64,000 nt of DNA from Desulforegulaceae bacterium (GTDB lineage Bacteria > Desulfobacterota > Desulfobacteria > Desulfobacterales > JACKCP01). The notes under the pieces are model-generated. The model did no database searches and had not been told where the DNA came from. It was given only the letters and a program-made list of their open reading frames with translations. Position 1 is the stretch's first letter. Each line of letters begins with the position of its first letter. Below are positions 48,607 to 58,088 of this stretch, in pieces. The DNA is taken from contig JAVERC010000005.1 in assembly GCA_034007295.1 (NCBI GenBank), forward strand, positions 69,913 to 133,912, in the 5' to 3' direction. The position numbers and the translations under genes were made by a program.

Positions 48607-48801
48607 CCTAAATTGAGCGTTTCATATTTTTAAATCAACAAATTCTCAATGAATCAAGCTTATTATATTTAAAAATATGAAACCTGCGAGCTTTCCAATT
48701 TTGCTGCATCTACGGCGTTAAATTGCATCACGCATAGCAAAGCAAAAGCCTGATACAATTTGTACTTATATGCAGCAAACTTGAAAATCGATCAATTTAG
48801 G
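48607..48801 (+). repeat. repeat family 2 (copy B), full-length, abutting the MCP stop codon
   Basis: Terminal inverted repeat CCTAAATTGA...TCAATTTAGG and two internal long imperfect hairpins (GAGCGTTTCATATTTTTAAAT/ATTTAAAAATATGAAAC; TTGCTGCAT...ATGCAGCAA). Confidence 0.7.
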
Positions 48802-48877
48802 TATAAGTATAATAAGCCAAATTAATTAAAAAATATAAAACCCTTAATTCAGGTTAGATTAAAAATTTATAGTTTTC

Positions 48878-48912
48878 CAATATCGGACAATAATTGTTAT
48901 TGTCCGATATTG
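48878..48912 (+). terminator. perfect 16-bp palindrome followed by a T-run (terminator or operator)
   Basis: CAATATCGGACAATAA-ttg-TTATTGTCCGATATTG followed by TTTTCT. Confidence 0.4.
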
Positions 48913-48964
48913 TTTTCTAGTATCAAAATAAAAAAAACTTTTTTAATTAAAAATTTATTATTAA

Positions 48965-49009
48965 TTAGTGATTGGCCGAAAAAAAAGACCATTTTCGTTC
49001 AGCAAATAA
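48965..49009 (+). repeat. short form of repeat family 1
   Basis: ttagtgattggccgaaaaaaaagaccattttcgttcagcaaataa. Confidence 0.55.
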
Positions 49010-49123
49010 TTAAGGTTATTATGTAAAATATAAAATAATGTAAGGTTTTATAATTAGGTTATCTAAAAATGGAGTTTTTCCTTAAATTTAAAATTGCAGC
49101 AAAAATTCAGGGGGTTTTTAGTC

Positions 49124-50740
49124 GTGAAAAAAAAAGGTTATGGGATTGGCATTGACACAGGCGGAACTTTTACAGATTCAGTTTTGAAAAATCTTGAAAC
49201 CGGTGAAATCGAGTCTTTTGCAAAAGTTCCAACTACGCATTTTGATCTTGGAAAAGGAATAGAAATCTGTCTTGATTTTTTATTTAAAGATAAAAATATA
49301 GAAAAAGATCAAATAAAAATCATTGGTGTTTCAAGCACACTTGCAACAAATGCAGTTGTTGAAAACAAAGGAGGGGATACAGCTCTTTTTATTATAGGAA
49401 TAGAAAAACATATGGAGCTTCCAGTTGCTGGATTTAAGTTTATAGATGGAGGTCATGATGTTTATGGAAATGAAGTTACTCCCCTTAATATGGAAGCACT
49501 AGTTGATGGGATAAGCTTTTTCAGAGGAAGGGTTGATTCTTATGCTGTTGTATCTTCAATGAGCTTTGCCAATCCTTCCCATGAGCTTGTTGCAAAAAAG
49601 GCAATAAGCCTTATGGATAATAAACCTGTTTATATTTCCTCTGATGTAAGTTCAGCTCCAGGTCTTGAAGAAAGAGCTGCAACTGCTGTTTTAAACGCAA
49701 GGCTGATGCCTGTAATGGAAGGTTTTATCAAAGGGTTAAAAAAAAGTGTTGAAAAATATGCAGATATCAAAACTTTAAAAATTATTGACGGAGCAGGTGG
49801 TTTTTTAGATTTTGAAGAAGCGGTTGAACGCTCGGTAAAAACATTTGGAAGCGGGCCTGCTTCAACTGCATATTTTGGTGCTATGAATGCTGAAAATGCA
49901 CTAGTCTGCGATATAGGGGGAACGACAACAGATATTTTGCTGGTAGAGGGGAAAGAGCCTGTTACAGACAGTACAAGCAGAATAGGAGATCTAGATACCC
50001 ATGTAAAAACAGTAAGAATGAAAACAATAGGGCTTGGAGGTGACAGCAGAATAGGACTTGATTTAAGAAAAAATCTTTTTATTGGGCCAAAAAGAGTTAA
50101 TCCGCTTTGTTTTGCAGACAATATTTTAGATCCTAAAGACTGGATGAATTATTTTGAAAGTGATGTTTTATACAGTCTTTTGGATAATGAAAATATAAAT
50201 GATGAAATAAGAGATTGTTTCAGAGGGAAGGATTTTCTAACAATTAATGACTTTTATAGAATTATGGGCAAAGGAGAAAAGACAAAGGAAAGAGTTGAAG
50301 ATTTTGTGAATAGAGGATTTTTGAATGTTTTTGGGTTTACTCCAACTGATGTTTTGTGCGTTTTAGATAAAATCAAAGCTCCATTTGGGTTTAAGTCAGA
50401 TGCTGCTGCAATAATTCTTTCAAAGGAACTAGGCATTTCTGTAATTGAACTTTGTGAAAAATTACTTGGAATGTTTGAGGACAAAATTGTTGATTCAGCT
50501 TTGGAATTTCTCACTTCTCATTATTCAGGAAAAAGAATTAAGGAAGTTTTTCCTGACTGGAGAAATAATAAATATATAAAAATTGAGTTCTCTTCTAAAT
50601 TTCCAATAGTTGGAGCAGGAGCAGCTGCAGATCATTTTCTTGTAGGAGTTGCCGAAAAACTGAAAACGAAACTAATCCTCCCAAAATATCATGAAGTCGG
50701 AAATGCTGTTGGTGCTTTAAATATTACTCTAATTCATTAG
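49124..50740 (+). CDS. hydantoinase/oxoprolinase-family protein
   Basis: GIGIDTGGTFTD N-terminal ASKHA-type motif and a second DIGGTTTD. Start set at GTG 49124 (AGGGGG upstream) rather than TTG 49094. Confidence 0.8.
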   Translation: MKKKGYGIGIDTGGTFTDSVLKNLETGEIESFAKVPTTHFDLGKGIEICLDFLFKDKNIEKDQIKIIGVSSTLATNAVVENKGGDTALFIIGIEKHMELPVAGFKFIDGGHDVYGNEVTPLNMEALVDGISFFRGRVDSYAVVSSMSFANPSHELVAKKAISLMDNKPVYISSDVSSAPGLEERAATAVLNARLMPVMEGFIKGLKKSVEKYADIKTLKIIDGAGGFLDFEEAVERSVKTFGSGPASTAYFGAMNAENALVCDIGGTTTDILLVEGKEPVTDSTSRIGDLDTHVKTVRMKTIGLGGDSRIGLDLRKNLFIGPKRVNPLCFADNILDPKDWMNYFESDVLYSLLDNENINDEIRDCFRGKDFLTINDFYRIMGKGEKTKERVEDFVNRGFLNVFGFTPTDVLCVLDKIKAPFGFKSDAAAIILSKELGISVIELCEKLLGMFEDKIVDSALEFLTSHYSGKRIKEVFPDWRNNKYIKIEFSSKFPIVGAGAAADHFLVGVAEKLKTKLILPKYHEVGNAVGALNITLIH

Positions 50741-50789
50741 TTCTTGGCTAAAAAGCATGATTTTTAGTTCACCTGCTTTTTAGTGAGTT

Positions 50790-50890
50790 TTTTACTGTAA
50801 ATAAACGGCAAATTGCATCAGACATAGCAAAATTACAGCCTGATACAATTTGCCGTTATATGCAGCAAATTTGAAAATCGCTGAAATCAG
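50790..50890 (+). repeat. repeat family 2 (copy C), 3' half
   Basis: AACGGCAAATTGCATCAG-N18-CTGATACAATTTGCCGTT hairpin plus tatatgcagcaaatttgaaaatcg, matching 48715-48795. Ends 4 nt from the BCCT stop. Confidence 0.65.
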
Positions 50891-50893
50891 TTT

Positions 50894-52936
50894 TTATGAG
50901 TTTTCGTTTCCCTGAAGCATTTCATCATGTTCCTCCATATTCCAGGGCAGAACTCCTGGTGAAATATGAAGAAAATGAAGATATTTTTCAAACTGGTTTA
51001 ATATGTCATCTATTATCTGGCTTTTGTCATAGCCATAAATATCGTATGACTGGCCGCCTCTTCTTAGAAAAACTTCAGCTCTGTAATAATGGCGTGATTT
51101 ACTTTCCTTGGGCGGAAGTTCGGGATAGGCAAATTCTGGCATAAGATATTCACATAAACGAATATCATAAAGGAAATCAACCATGTCATTTCTTTTTACT
51201 TCAATGTAGGCACGGTAATTTTCATTATCAAGGGTAACTTCTGCATCCCATCCCTTTGACTTTAATTCGTCCTTAACATGATTCATGCTGAGCATTACTT
51301 CACCCTTAATAAAATCTATTACTTTGGTTTGATTGGGGAAACGTATAAGGCCGGCAAGTCTTGCTCTCCAGCCTCCTTTACCACCCTCTGAGTTTTGTCT
51401 AAATCTTTGCATATGACTTTGGAGACTTACTTCTGTGTGGCTTTCAATTACTAAAGCCCGCCACATGCCAAGTGCTGCAATAAGCATTATTACTGCAAAT
51501 GGAAGTGCAGTAGCTATAGCCATTGTCTGCAAAGCCTTGAGTCCTCCTGCCATTAAAAGAGCTGACGCAACCACACCTTCAGTCACAGCCCAGAAAGAAC
51601 GGTGCCATACAGGGGAATCATCATTTCCACCAGCTGAAAGAGAATCAATAACAAGAGAACCTGAGTCTGATGATGTTACAAAAAAAGTTATGATTAAAAA
51701 TACTGTGAGTACTGACACTACAGATGTGAATGGCAGAGCTTCATACAATTTGAAAAGAGCAAGTGCATGATCTGACTGAACATGGTTAATAAGTTCATGG
51801 TAGCCTTCATTCATAATAAGGTGAAGAGCTGTATCTCCAAATATTGAAAACCATAAAAAAGTAAATAATGAAGGCACAAACATTACTCCAAAAACAAATT
51901 GACGTATTGTACGGCCTCTGCTGATTTTAGCTATGAATAAACCTACAAATGGTGCCCAGGCTATTGTCCATCCAAAAATAAATAGAGTCCAGTTTCCAAT
52001 CCAGTCGCTTCTTACATATGCCTGAAGGTTGAATGTTCGTTCAATTATGTTGTTGAGATAACTTCCTGTGTTTTGTAAAAATGTTTCAAGAATAAAAATT
52101 GTAGGCCCGACAACAAAAACAAAAGTCATCAAAATAATTGCAAGAATCATGTTCAAGATTGAGAGGTTTTTTACACCCTTGTCCATTCCTGCAAGAACAG
52201 AACAAAGTGCCATTGCCGTTATTATTGCAATTGCTGTTATCTGAACCCAGGTTGCAACAGGTATTTTAGGTATTAGATAATTTATTCCGGCATTTATTTG
52301 TGCAACTGACAATCCAAGTGTTGTTGCAACTCCAAAAAGAGTTCCAAGAATTGCAAAAACATCTACTGCATGGCCTATTGGGCCGTGTATTTTATCACCA
52401 ACAATTGGATAAAGTGCCGAACGCATTGAAAGGGGCAGTCCGTGACGGAAGGCGAAATAGGCAAGAACAAGACCTACAAGTCCATAAATTGCCCAGATAT
52501 GGAATCCCCAATGGAAAAAAGCAATCTGCAATGCAAGCTTGGCTGAATCTATGCTTGCCGGTGCTCCCTGTGGGGGAGAGGCATAATGAAGAACAGGCTC
52601 GGCAACTCCGAAAAATAAAAGTGCAATTCCATAGCCTGCGGAAAAAAGCATGGCAAACCAGGCTGGAAAACTGTATTGAGGTTCAGCATGATCGGGGCCA
52701 AGCTTAATGTTTCCCCATTTTGATACAGCAACAAGTACAAAAAAAACAAGAAAAATTGCAACAGACAGCATATAAAACCAGCCAAAATTTGTTGTAATAA
52801 AAGACAATATTGATGCAAAAAAATTTCCTGCAAGTGAAGGATTGCTGATAGTTCCAAGTACAATCAGAAAAATTACAAATACTGCCGGAAGAAATACCGG
52901 CAAAAGAATAGTGTCGTGCCACTTTGGTTTTTCCAT
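50894..52936 (-). CDS. BCCT-family (betaine/carnitine/choline) transporter with a long cytoplasmic C-terminus
   Basis: 12-TM-type hydrophobic core with the Trp-rich BCCT signature segment (WTLFIFGWTIAWAPFVGLFIAKISRGRTIR). Confidence 0.9.
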   Translation of the reverse strand: MEKPKWHDTILLPVFLPAVFVIFLIVLGTISNPSLAGNFFASILSFITTNFGWFYMLSVAIFLVFFVLVAVSKWGNIKLGPDHAEPQYSFPAWFAMLFSAGYGIALLFFGVAEPVLHYASPPQGAPASIDSAKLALQIAFFHWGFHIWAIYGLVGLVLAYFAFRHGLPLSMRSALYPIVGDKIHGPIGHAVDVFAILGTLFGVATTLGLSVAQINAGINYLIPKIPVATWVQITAIAIITAMALCSVLAGMDKGVKNLSILNMILAIILMTFVFVVGPTIFILETFLQNTGSYLNNIIERTFNLQAYVRSDWIGNWTLFIFGWTIAWAPFVGLFIAKISRGRTIRQFVFGVMFVPSLFTFLWFSIFGDTALHLIMNEGYHELINHVQSDHALALFKLYEALPFTSVVSVLTVFLIITFFVTSSDSGSLVIDSLSAGGNDDSPVWHRSFWAVTEGVVASALLMAGGLKALQTMAIATALPFAVIMLIAALGMWRALVIESHTEVSLQSHMQRFRQNSEGGKGGWRARLAGLIRFPNQTKVIDFIKGEVMLSMNHVKDELKSKGWDAEVTLDNENYRAYIEVKRNDMVDFLYDIRLCEYLMPEFAYPELPPKESKSRHYYRAEVFLRRGGQSYDIYGYDKSQIIDDILNQFEKYLHFLHISPGVLPWNMEEHDEMLQGNENS

Positions 52937-53152
52937 CTAGGTATCTCCTTAGATTTAACTTTAATAAGCTAATCAAAAGTATAGTTTATCTCTGTTTTTA
53001 TTAAGATAATCTGATAATTAAAATTTCGGTTTAAATAATAAATATCAAATTTATTATTATTTGGGTAGTTAAAATGAATTTTGGTTCAGTATATATTTCA
53101 GGGTTTTGAATGTAACTAATTTGAATTTTTATTAAATTTTAAAAAAAATAAA

Positions 53153-53294
53153 TAGGATTGACCGAAAACCAGGATTTTTTGTTCAGTTGATGATAATGAA
53201 ATTTTAATCTGTGCATCATGGTTATTTTGACGATTAAAATTTGAATCCGATCCATAAACTGATAAAAAAAACGGTTTTCGTTCCAGCTAGTGAT
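53153..53294 (+). repeat. repeat family 1, full-length divergent copy (copy 10)
   Basis: taggattgaccgaaaaccaggattttttgttcag...gacgattaaaatttgaatccgat...aacggttttcgttccagctagtg. Confidence 0.65.
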
Positions 53295-53300
53295 TTGTCT

Positions 53301-54992
53301 TTAACTAAGTCCAAGAGTTCCCTTTGGATTCATAATGTGATTTTCATCAAAATAATTTTTTACATTCTTAAAAAATTCAAATTCATTTTCTCCAATATGA
53401 TTTTTAAATAAATGAGCCATCATTCGGCCAATTCCGTGGTGATGGGATAAAGATCCGCCTGAAGCATCTATTTTTTCAATTATTTTTCTTTGAAAATTAA
53501 GATATTCCTCTTTTGAACTGAATTTTCCAATGAAAATAAAGTACAGATTTGTTCCCTGTGGATAAAAATGAGAAGAGTGGGTCATGCATATTGTTTTTGG
53601 CCGGGATTTAACAAAATTTCTTACTTTTGTATGGACTTCATGAAGATTTGACCATTTTACACTTGTTTCCAGAGTGTCAATATATATGCCAAAGTCATTT
53701 AAGTCTTCCCTCATATATGGATCGCTATATCTGCCGTGTTCCCACTTTGAAACGGGATAGCCTGTAAGATACATTCCATTGAAATTCTTTGCTGTTTTTT
53801 TTATATTTTTTAATACTGCCTTTGAATATGATTTTAATCCTTCTGTGTGTCCTATTAAAAGGCATCTTTTCATTGGAAAATACCCTTTGAGTTTCATGAA
53901 AAAATCAAGTGGAGTACCTTCAATTCCATAAAGCTTAAGTCCGACATCTGTTTCTTCTTCATCTGAAATTCTAAAAACTGCAGGAACTCCTCCTTCAGAC
54001 TGGGTTATTTCACGGCAGGCTTCAACAGCCTCTTTCCATGAAGGAAAAATAAATGAGAATTTTTTCCTGTTTTCAGGCATGAATCTGAAAACTTTCAGCT
54101 TTAATTCCACAAGTATTCCAAAAACTCCCTCGCTTCCAAGAAAAATCTGGCCAATGTCTGGTCCTGCAGCACTTGCAGGGAAGTCTGCTGTTTTGATTAT
54201 TCCTTTTGGGGTAATATATTCCTGGCTTATTACAAGGTCTTTTGCATCCCCGTAATATGTTGAAGCCTGGCCAGAACCAAGGGTTACAACCCAGCCTCCT
54301 GCTGTAGAATATTCAAATGACTGTGGGAAATGCCCGCAGGTATATTTTCTTTTTGAATTAAGAACTTTTGGTGCATTATTCAGAATTCTCTCAAGATCAG
54401 GTCCAAAAATTCCAGGTTCCACAGTAATTGTCTGATCTGTTTCATTGAATTCCTTAATCCTGTTCATATGTGTTGACATTACAATTGTAACTCCGCCTTC
54501 AGAGCATTTGTGCCCAATAGTTACGGACGAACCCCCTGAAAAAACATGGATCGGGATTTTATTGGAGCTGCAAATATTTATAATTTTAGAAATGTCATTT
54601 TTGCTTCTTGGATGAACTGCAATGTCTGTTATATTTTCAATTTTTTTTTCTCTTAAATCAATTGCTTCTTCAAGGGTTTTGCCATTGGAGTATTTTACTC
54701 TTGAATAAATGTCAGACTCTACATTTTCTTTTCCAAGGATGTAAATTAACTTTTCAATCACTTCCTTTTTAATGTTAATTTCTTTTTCACCCTTTATTTC
54801 ATCATTGCCTGTATCTGAAGCAGGCCTAAAAAAATCTTTGTCACTCAAAGAAAATGTTTTTTTTATAAGTGAGTAAAGCCTTTTGTTTGGGTGTTTAAAT
54901 TCACTTGGATTTCCCCACTTGAATATTGATCTGTAGCTGTTTTTTTCGGGTGGATTATTTATCCATTTAGGCTCAAAGTTATTTTTATTCAT
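53301..54992 (-). CDS. FAD-linked oxidase, alkyl-DHAP-synthase-like (long N-terminal extension)
   Basis: FAD-binding PCMH-type domain (PRSKNDISKIINICSSNKIPIHVFSGGSS), C-terminal HHHGIG motif and N-terminal FKWGNP segment reminiscent of the AGPS WNGWG. Confidence 0.75.
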   Translation of the reverse strand: MNKNNFEPKWINNPPEKNSYRSIFKWGNPSEFKHPNKRLYSLIKKTFSLSDKDFFRPASDTGNDEIKGEKEINIKKEVIEKLIYILGKENVESDIYSRVKYSNGKTLEEAIDLREKKIENITDIAVHPRSKNDISKIINICSSNKIPIHVFSGGSSVTIGHKCSEGGVTIVMSTHMNRIKEFNETDQTITVEPGIFGPDLERILNNAPKVLNSKRKYTCGHFPQSFEYSTAGGWVVTLGSGQASTYYGDAKDLVISQEYITPKGIIKTADFPASAAGPDIGQIFLGSEGVFGILVELKLKVFRFMPENRKKFSFIFPSWKEAVEACREITQSEGGVPAVFRISDEEETDVGLKLYGIEGTPLDFFMKLKGYFPMKRCLLIGHTEGLKSYSKAVLKNIKKTAKNFNGMYLTGYPVSKWEHGRYSDPYMREDLNDFGIYIDTLETSVKWSNLHEVHTKVRNFVKSRPKTICMTHSSHFYPQGTNLYFIFIGKFSSKEEYLNFQRKIIEKIDASGGSLSHHHGIGRMMAHLFKNHIGENEFEFFKNVKNYFDENHIMNPKGTLGLS

Positions 54993-55004
54993 AATTTTTC
55001 CCTT

Positions 55005-56561
55005 TTATCTGTAGATTTCCGGATAGCCCGTAATTTGCCTTATTTCCTTATAAACCGGTTCTAATGCCTTATACATTTTTGAATAAACATTTTCGTAAAT
55101 TTTTTTATAGAGGATTGAACTGGATTCATTTGGGATAAATTCTTTCTGGTAATTTATCATATGAGTGCCTGCATCTTTAATGTCCTTGTAAAAGCCAAGT
55201 CCATAGGCAGTGATTATTGCGGCACCAAGGCCTGATGTTTCACATGTCTTTCCTCTTAATATGGGTCTGTTAAAAATATCTGCAGATATCTGACATATGT
55301 TGTCACTTTGTGAGGCTCCTCCTGAAACAGCAAGTTTTTTTACTTTTGTTTTTGATTTTTTTTCAATTTTTAAAAGACCGTCAAAAAGAGCGTAGGAAAG
55401 GCCTTCAATTACTGCCCTGTAAACATGTGCCCTTGTGTGAACATCTCCAAAACCAATTATTGCACCTTTTGCATTATGATGGTTTAGACCAGGACTCCAA
55501 AATGGCTGTAAAACAAGGCCCATAGCACCTGGAGGCGTTTGGTCAAGGAGCCTGTCAAGAAGTATTTCAGGTTGAACTCCAGTTTTTTGAGCCTCTTTTA
55601 TTTCAGGATGGGCAAATTCGTTTTTATACCAGGTTATCATCCAGTATCCCCTGAAAATTTCAACTTCTGGATTGTAATGTCTTGGATATGGAGCAGGGTA
55701 GGGCGGCATGAACTTGATTGGTTCAAAATACTTTTCAGAGGTTGTCTGAACAGTTGCTGTTGTTCCAAAACTTAAAGATGCAGTTTCATTTGAATAAACT
55801 CCGTTTCCTATTGTTTCGCATCCTTTGTCAGACCCGCAGGCAATAACAGGTATTCCCTTTTTAAGGCCTGTTTCATCTGAAGCCTTTTGGCTGAGATGAC
55901 CAATTGTCTGTCCCGGCTCAATAACTTCAGGAAGTTTTGATTTTTCCACAGGAAACAAAAAAGACTGGATTTCATATTTTGAAGCCCATTGCATTTTTTT
56001 GTAGTTAAATGGAATATGTCCTATTTGTGATGCCTTGGAATCCTTGAATACGCTGGTTAATTTATGATTTAAAAAGCCTGACACCTGAAGATATTTATAT
56101 GTCTTGTCCCAGATTTTTTTTTCATTTTGCATTATCCAGTTGCATTTTCCTTCAGCCTGAATCTTGTAAATTGTTTCAAGCATTCCAAGTGCCTTTGCAC
56201 CTGATTTAACAATAAAATTTGGCTGGAAAACCGGGGTTGCCTTTCTCTGGTCAAGCCAGGTTATGGCAGGCCTCAATGCTTCTCCGTTTTTATCACAGCA
56301 TATCATTGTATCTCTTTGTGTCGTAACTCCAATTCCTGCAATAAGGTCTGTAAGGTCAGGATAATTTTTTTTAAGTTCCTTTATTCCCTTGATTGTGCTT
56401 GCCCAGAATATATTGGCATCCTGTTCAGCCCAGCCCGGGTTTAAACTGAAATATGGTTCATATTCAATTTTTTTTGTTGCAAGAAGATTCCCGCTTAAGT
56501 CAAAAATATGGGTTCTCAAACTCTGGGTTCCGCAGTCTATGGATAAAATTGTAGGTTCCAT
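55005..56561 (-). CDS. FGGY-family carbohydrate/glycerol kinase
   Basis: LSIDCGTQSLR N-terminal phosphate-1 motif and C-terminal VSGGASQS motif. Confidence 0.9.
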   Translation of the reverse strand: MEPTILSIDCGTQSLRTHIFDLSGNLLATKKIEYEPYFSLNPGWAEQDANIFWASTIKGIKELKKNYPDLTDLIAGIGVTTQRDTMICCDKNGEALRPAITWLDQRKATPVFQPNFIVKSGAKALGMLETIYKIQAEGKCNWIMQNEKKIWDKTYKYLQVSGFLNHKLTSVFKDSKASQIGHIPFNYKKMQWASKYEIQSFLFPVEKSKLPEVIEPGQTIGHLSQKASDETGLKKGIPVIACGSDKGCETIGNGVYSNETASLSFGTTATVQTTSEKYFEPIKFMPPYPAPYPRHYNPEVEIFRGYWMITWYKNEFAHPEIKEAQKTGVQPEILLDRLLDQTPPGAMGLVLQPFWSPGLNHHNAKGAIIGFGDVHTRAHVYRAVIEGLSYALFDGLLKIEKKSKTKVKKLAVSGGASQSDNICQISADIFNRPILRGKTCETSGLGAAIITAYGLGFYKDIKDAGTHMINYQKEFIPNESSSILYKKIYENVYSKMYKALEPVYKEIRQITGYPEIYR

Positions 56562-56573
56562 TTTTTGCTCCGC

Positions 56574-58085
56574 CTAATTTATTTCAGATGAAAAATACTT
56601 TTTATATATTGCAGAGTACCTTTTGATTTCAAAATCCCACTTATTGTTGTCCCATTTGAGATTTTCCATACTTAGGTTTTTTATTTCATCCATATAATCC
56701 ATTCCTCCGTTTCTCAATACAAGGCCAAGTCTAAGCCTTCTTAAAAGGAGATCATCAAGGTGCTTTATTGTTTTATCTTTGGAAGCAGCATGGATTTCTG
56801 CAAAACTTATTGGAGTATTTTCTATTTTTCTTAAAAGATTCTTTTTTTTGTAATAATCAAAGTCATGATTATTTGTGTATCTTCCTTTGAGTCTTAACTC
56901 ATCCTCAGGACAATTTTGAGAAATAAGATTAAAAACAGGAAGTATTCTGCTTTTGAGTTTTATGTCTTTAAAGTGTTTTTCAATGTGCTCTATTGTATCC
57001 CAGGCAAGTTTTCTAAATGTTGTAAGTTTTCCGCCTGTAACAGAAATAATCTTGTTTTTTTCCCATACAAGATGTTCTCTTGATTCTCTGGAAGGATCTT
57101 TTTTTGAGTTTTTTGAGCTTATTACCGGTCTTATACCTGAAAATGTTGAAATGATATCTTCAGGTGAAATCATATTTTTACCTAAAATATGGTTTGCTCC
57201 TTCAATCAGATAATCAGCTTCTTTTCTGCTTATTTTCAAGTCTTTTAATGAAGATGCATCAATATCTGTTGTACCTAATATAAGAGAGCCTTCCCATGGA
57301 ATAAAAAAGACAGGTCTTTTGTCCCTTGGATGAATAAAAGACAGAGCAAAGTCTAGGTTGAATTTGTTTTTTATTGTTAAATGACTTCCTTTAAGAGGTC
57401 TGATAAATGTATTTTTATCAGGAAGATTGCAAAGGCCTGATGCAGAAACTCCAGTTGAATTTATTATCAGTTTTGATTTGAAAGTTTTGATTTCTCCGGT
57501 TTCGGTTTTTGCATGAACAATTTTAAAGCCGGATTTATTTTCAATTTTTACTGCTTTACAATAGTTTTCAAAAAAAGCATTTTCATTTTTAATTGCTTCA
57601 TTTACAAGTCTTGCTACAAGTACTGAATCATCTGCTGCTGCATCTGTAAATGAATAGCCTCCCTTTAAATTTTCGGATTTCAGGCAGGAAAATTTTTTCA
57701 TGAGTTCTTCTGTGTGAAGATATTTGTGTCTGAGCTTCAATGCCATTAAATCATATACAAGAAGACCGGCCCCAAGACTAAGCCTTCCAGGCGACTGCTT
57801 TTTGTACAAAGGCATGACAAACTCAATTGGCGAAACAAGCCCTTTTGCTTCATTTAAAAGTTTTTCCCTGTGTATGACAGATTCATATGTGAGATGGAGA
57901 TTGCCCTCTTTTAAATATCTAAGACCTCCGTGGACAAGTTTTGATGATTTGCTTGATGTACCTGAACCAAAATCATATTTGTCAATAATCAAAACCTTGA
58001 GATTGGAATTGGAAAGCTCATTGAAAATCCCGGCTCCAGTTATTCCTCCGCCAATAATAATTATGTCGAAAGTATTATTTCCCAT
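56574..58085 (-). CDS. glpD: FAD-dependent glycerol-3-phosphate dehydrogenase/oxidase
   Basis: FDIIIIGGGITGAG dinucleotide motif, SSKSSKLVHGGLRYL GlpD signature and a C-terminal helical domain. Confidence 0.85.
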   Translation of the reverse strand: MGNNTFDIIIIGGGITGAGIFNELSNSNLKVLIIDKYDFGSGTSSKSSKLVHGGLRYLKEGNLHLTYESVIHREKLLNEAKGLVSPIEFVMPLYKKQSPGRLSLGAGLLVYDLMALKLRHKYLHTEELMKKFSCLKSENLKGGYSFTDAAADDSVLVARLVNEAIKNENAFFENYCKAVKIENKSGFKIVHAKTETGEIKTFKSKLIINSTGVSASGLCNLPDKNTFIRPLKGSHLTIKNKFNLDFALSFIHPRDKRPVFFIPWEGSLILGTTDIDASSLKDLKISRKEADYLIEGANHILGKNMISPEDIISTFSGIRPVISSKNSKKDPSRESREHLVWEKNKIISVTGGKLTTFRKLAWDTIEHIEKHFKDIKLKSRILPVFNLISQNCPEDELRLKGRYTNNHDFDYYKKKNLLRKIENTPISFAEIHAASKDKTIKHLDDLLLRRLRLGLVLRNGGMDYMDEIKNLSMENLKWDNNKWDFEIKRYSAIYKKYFSSEIN

Positions 58086-58088
58086 AGA

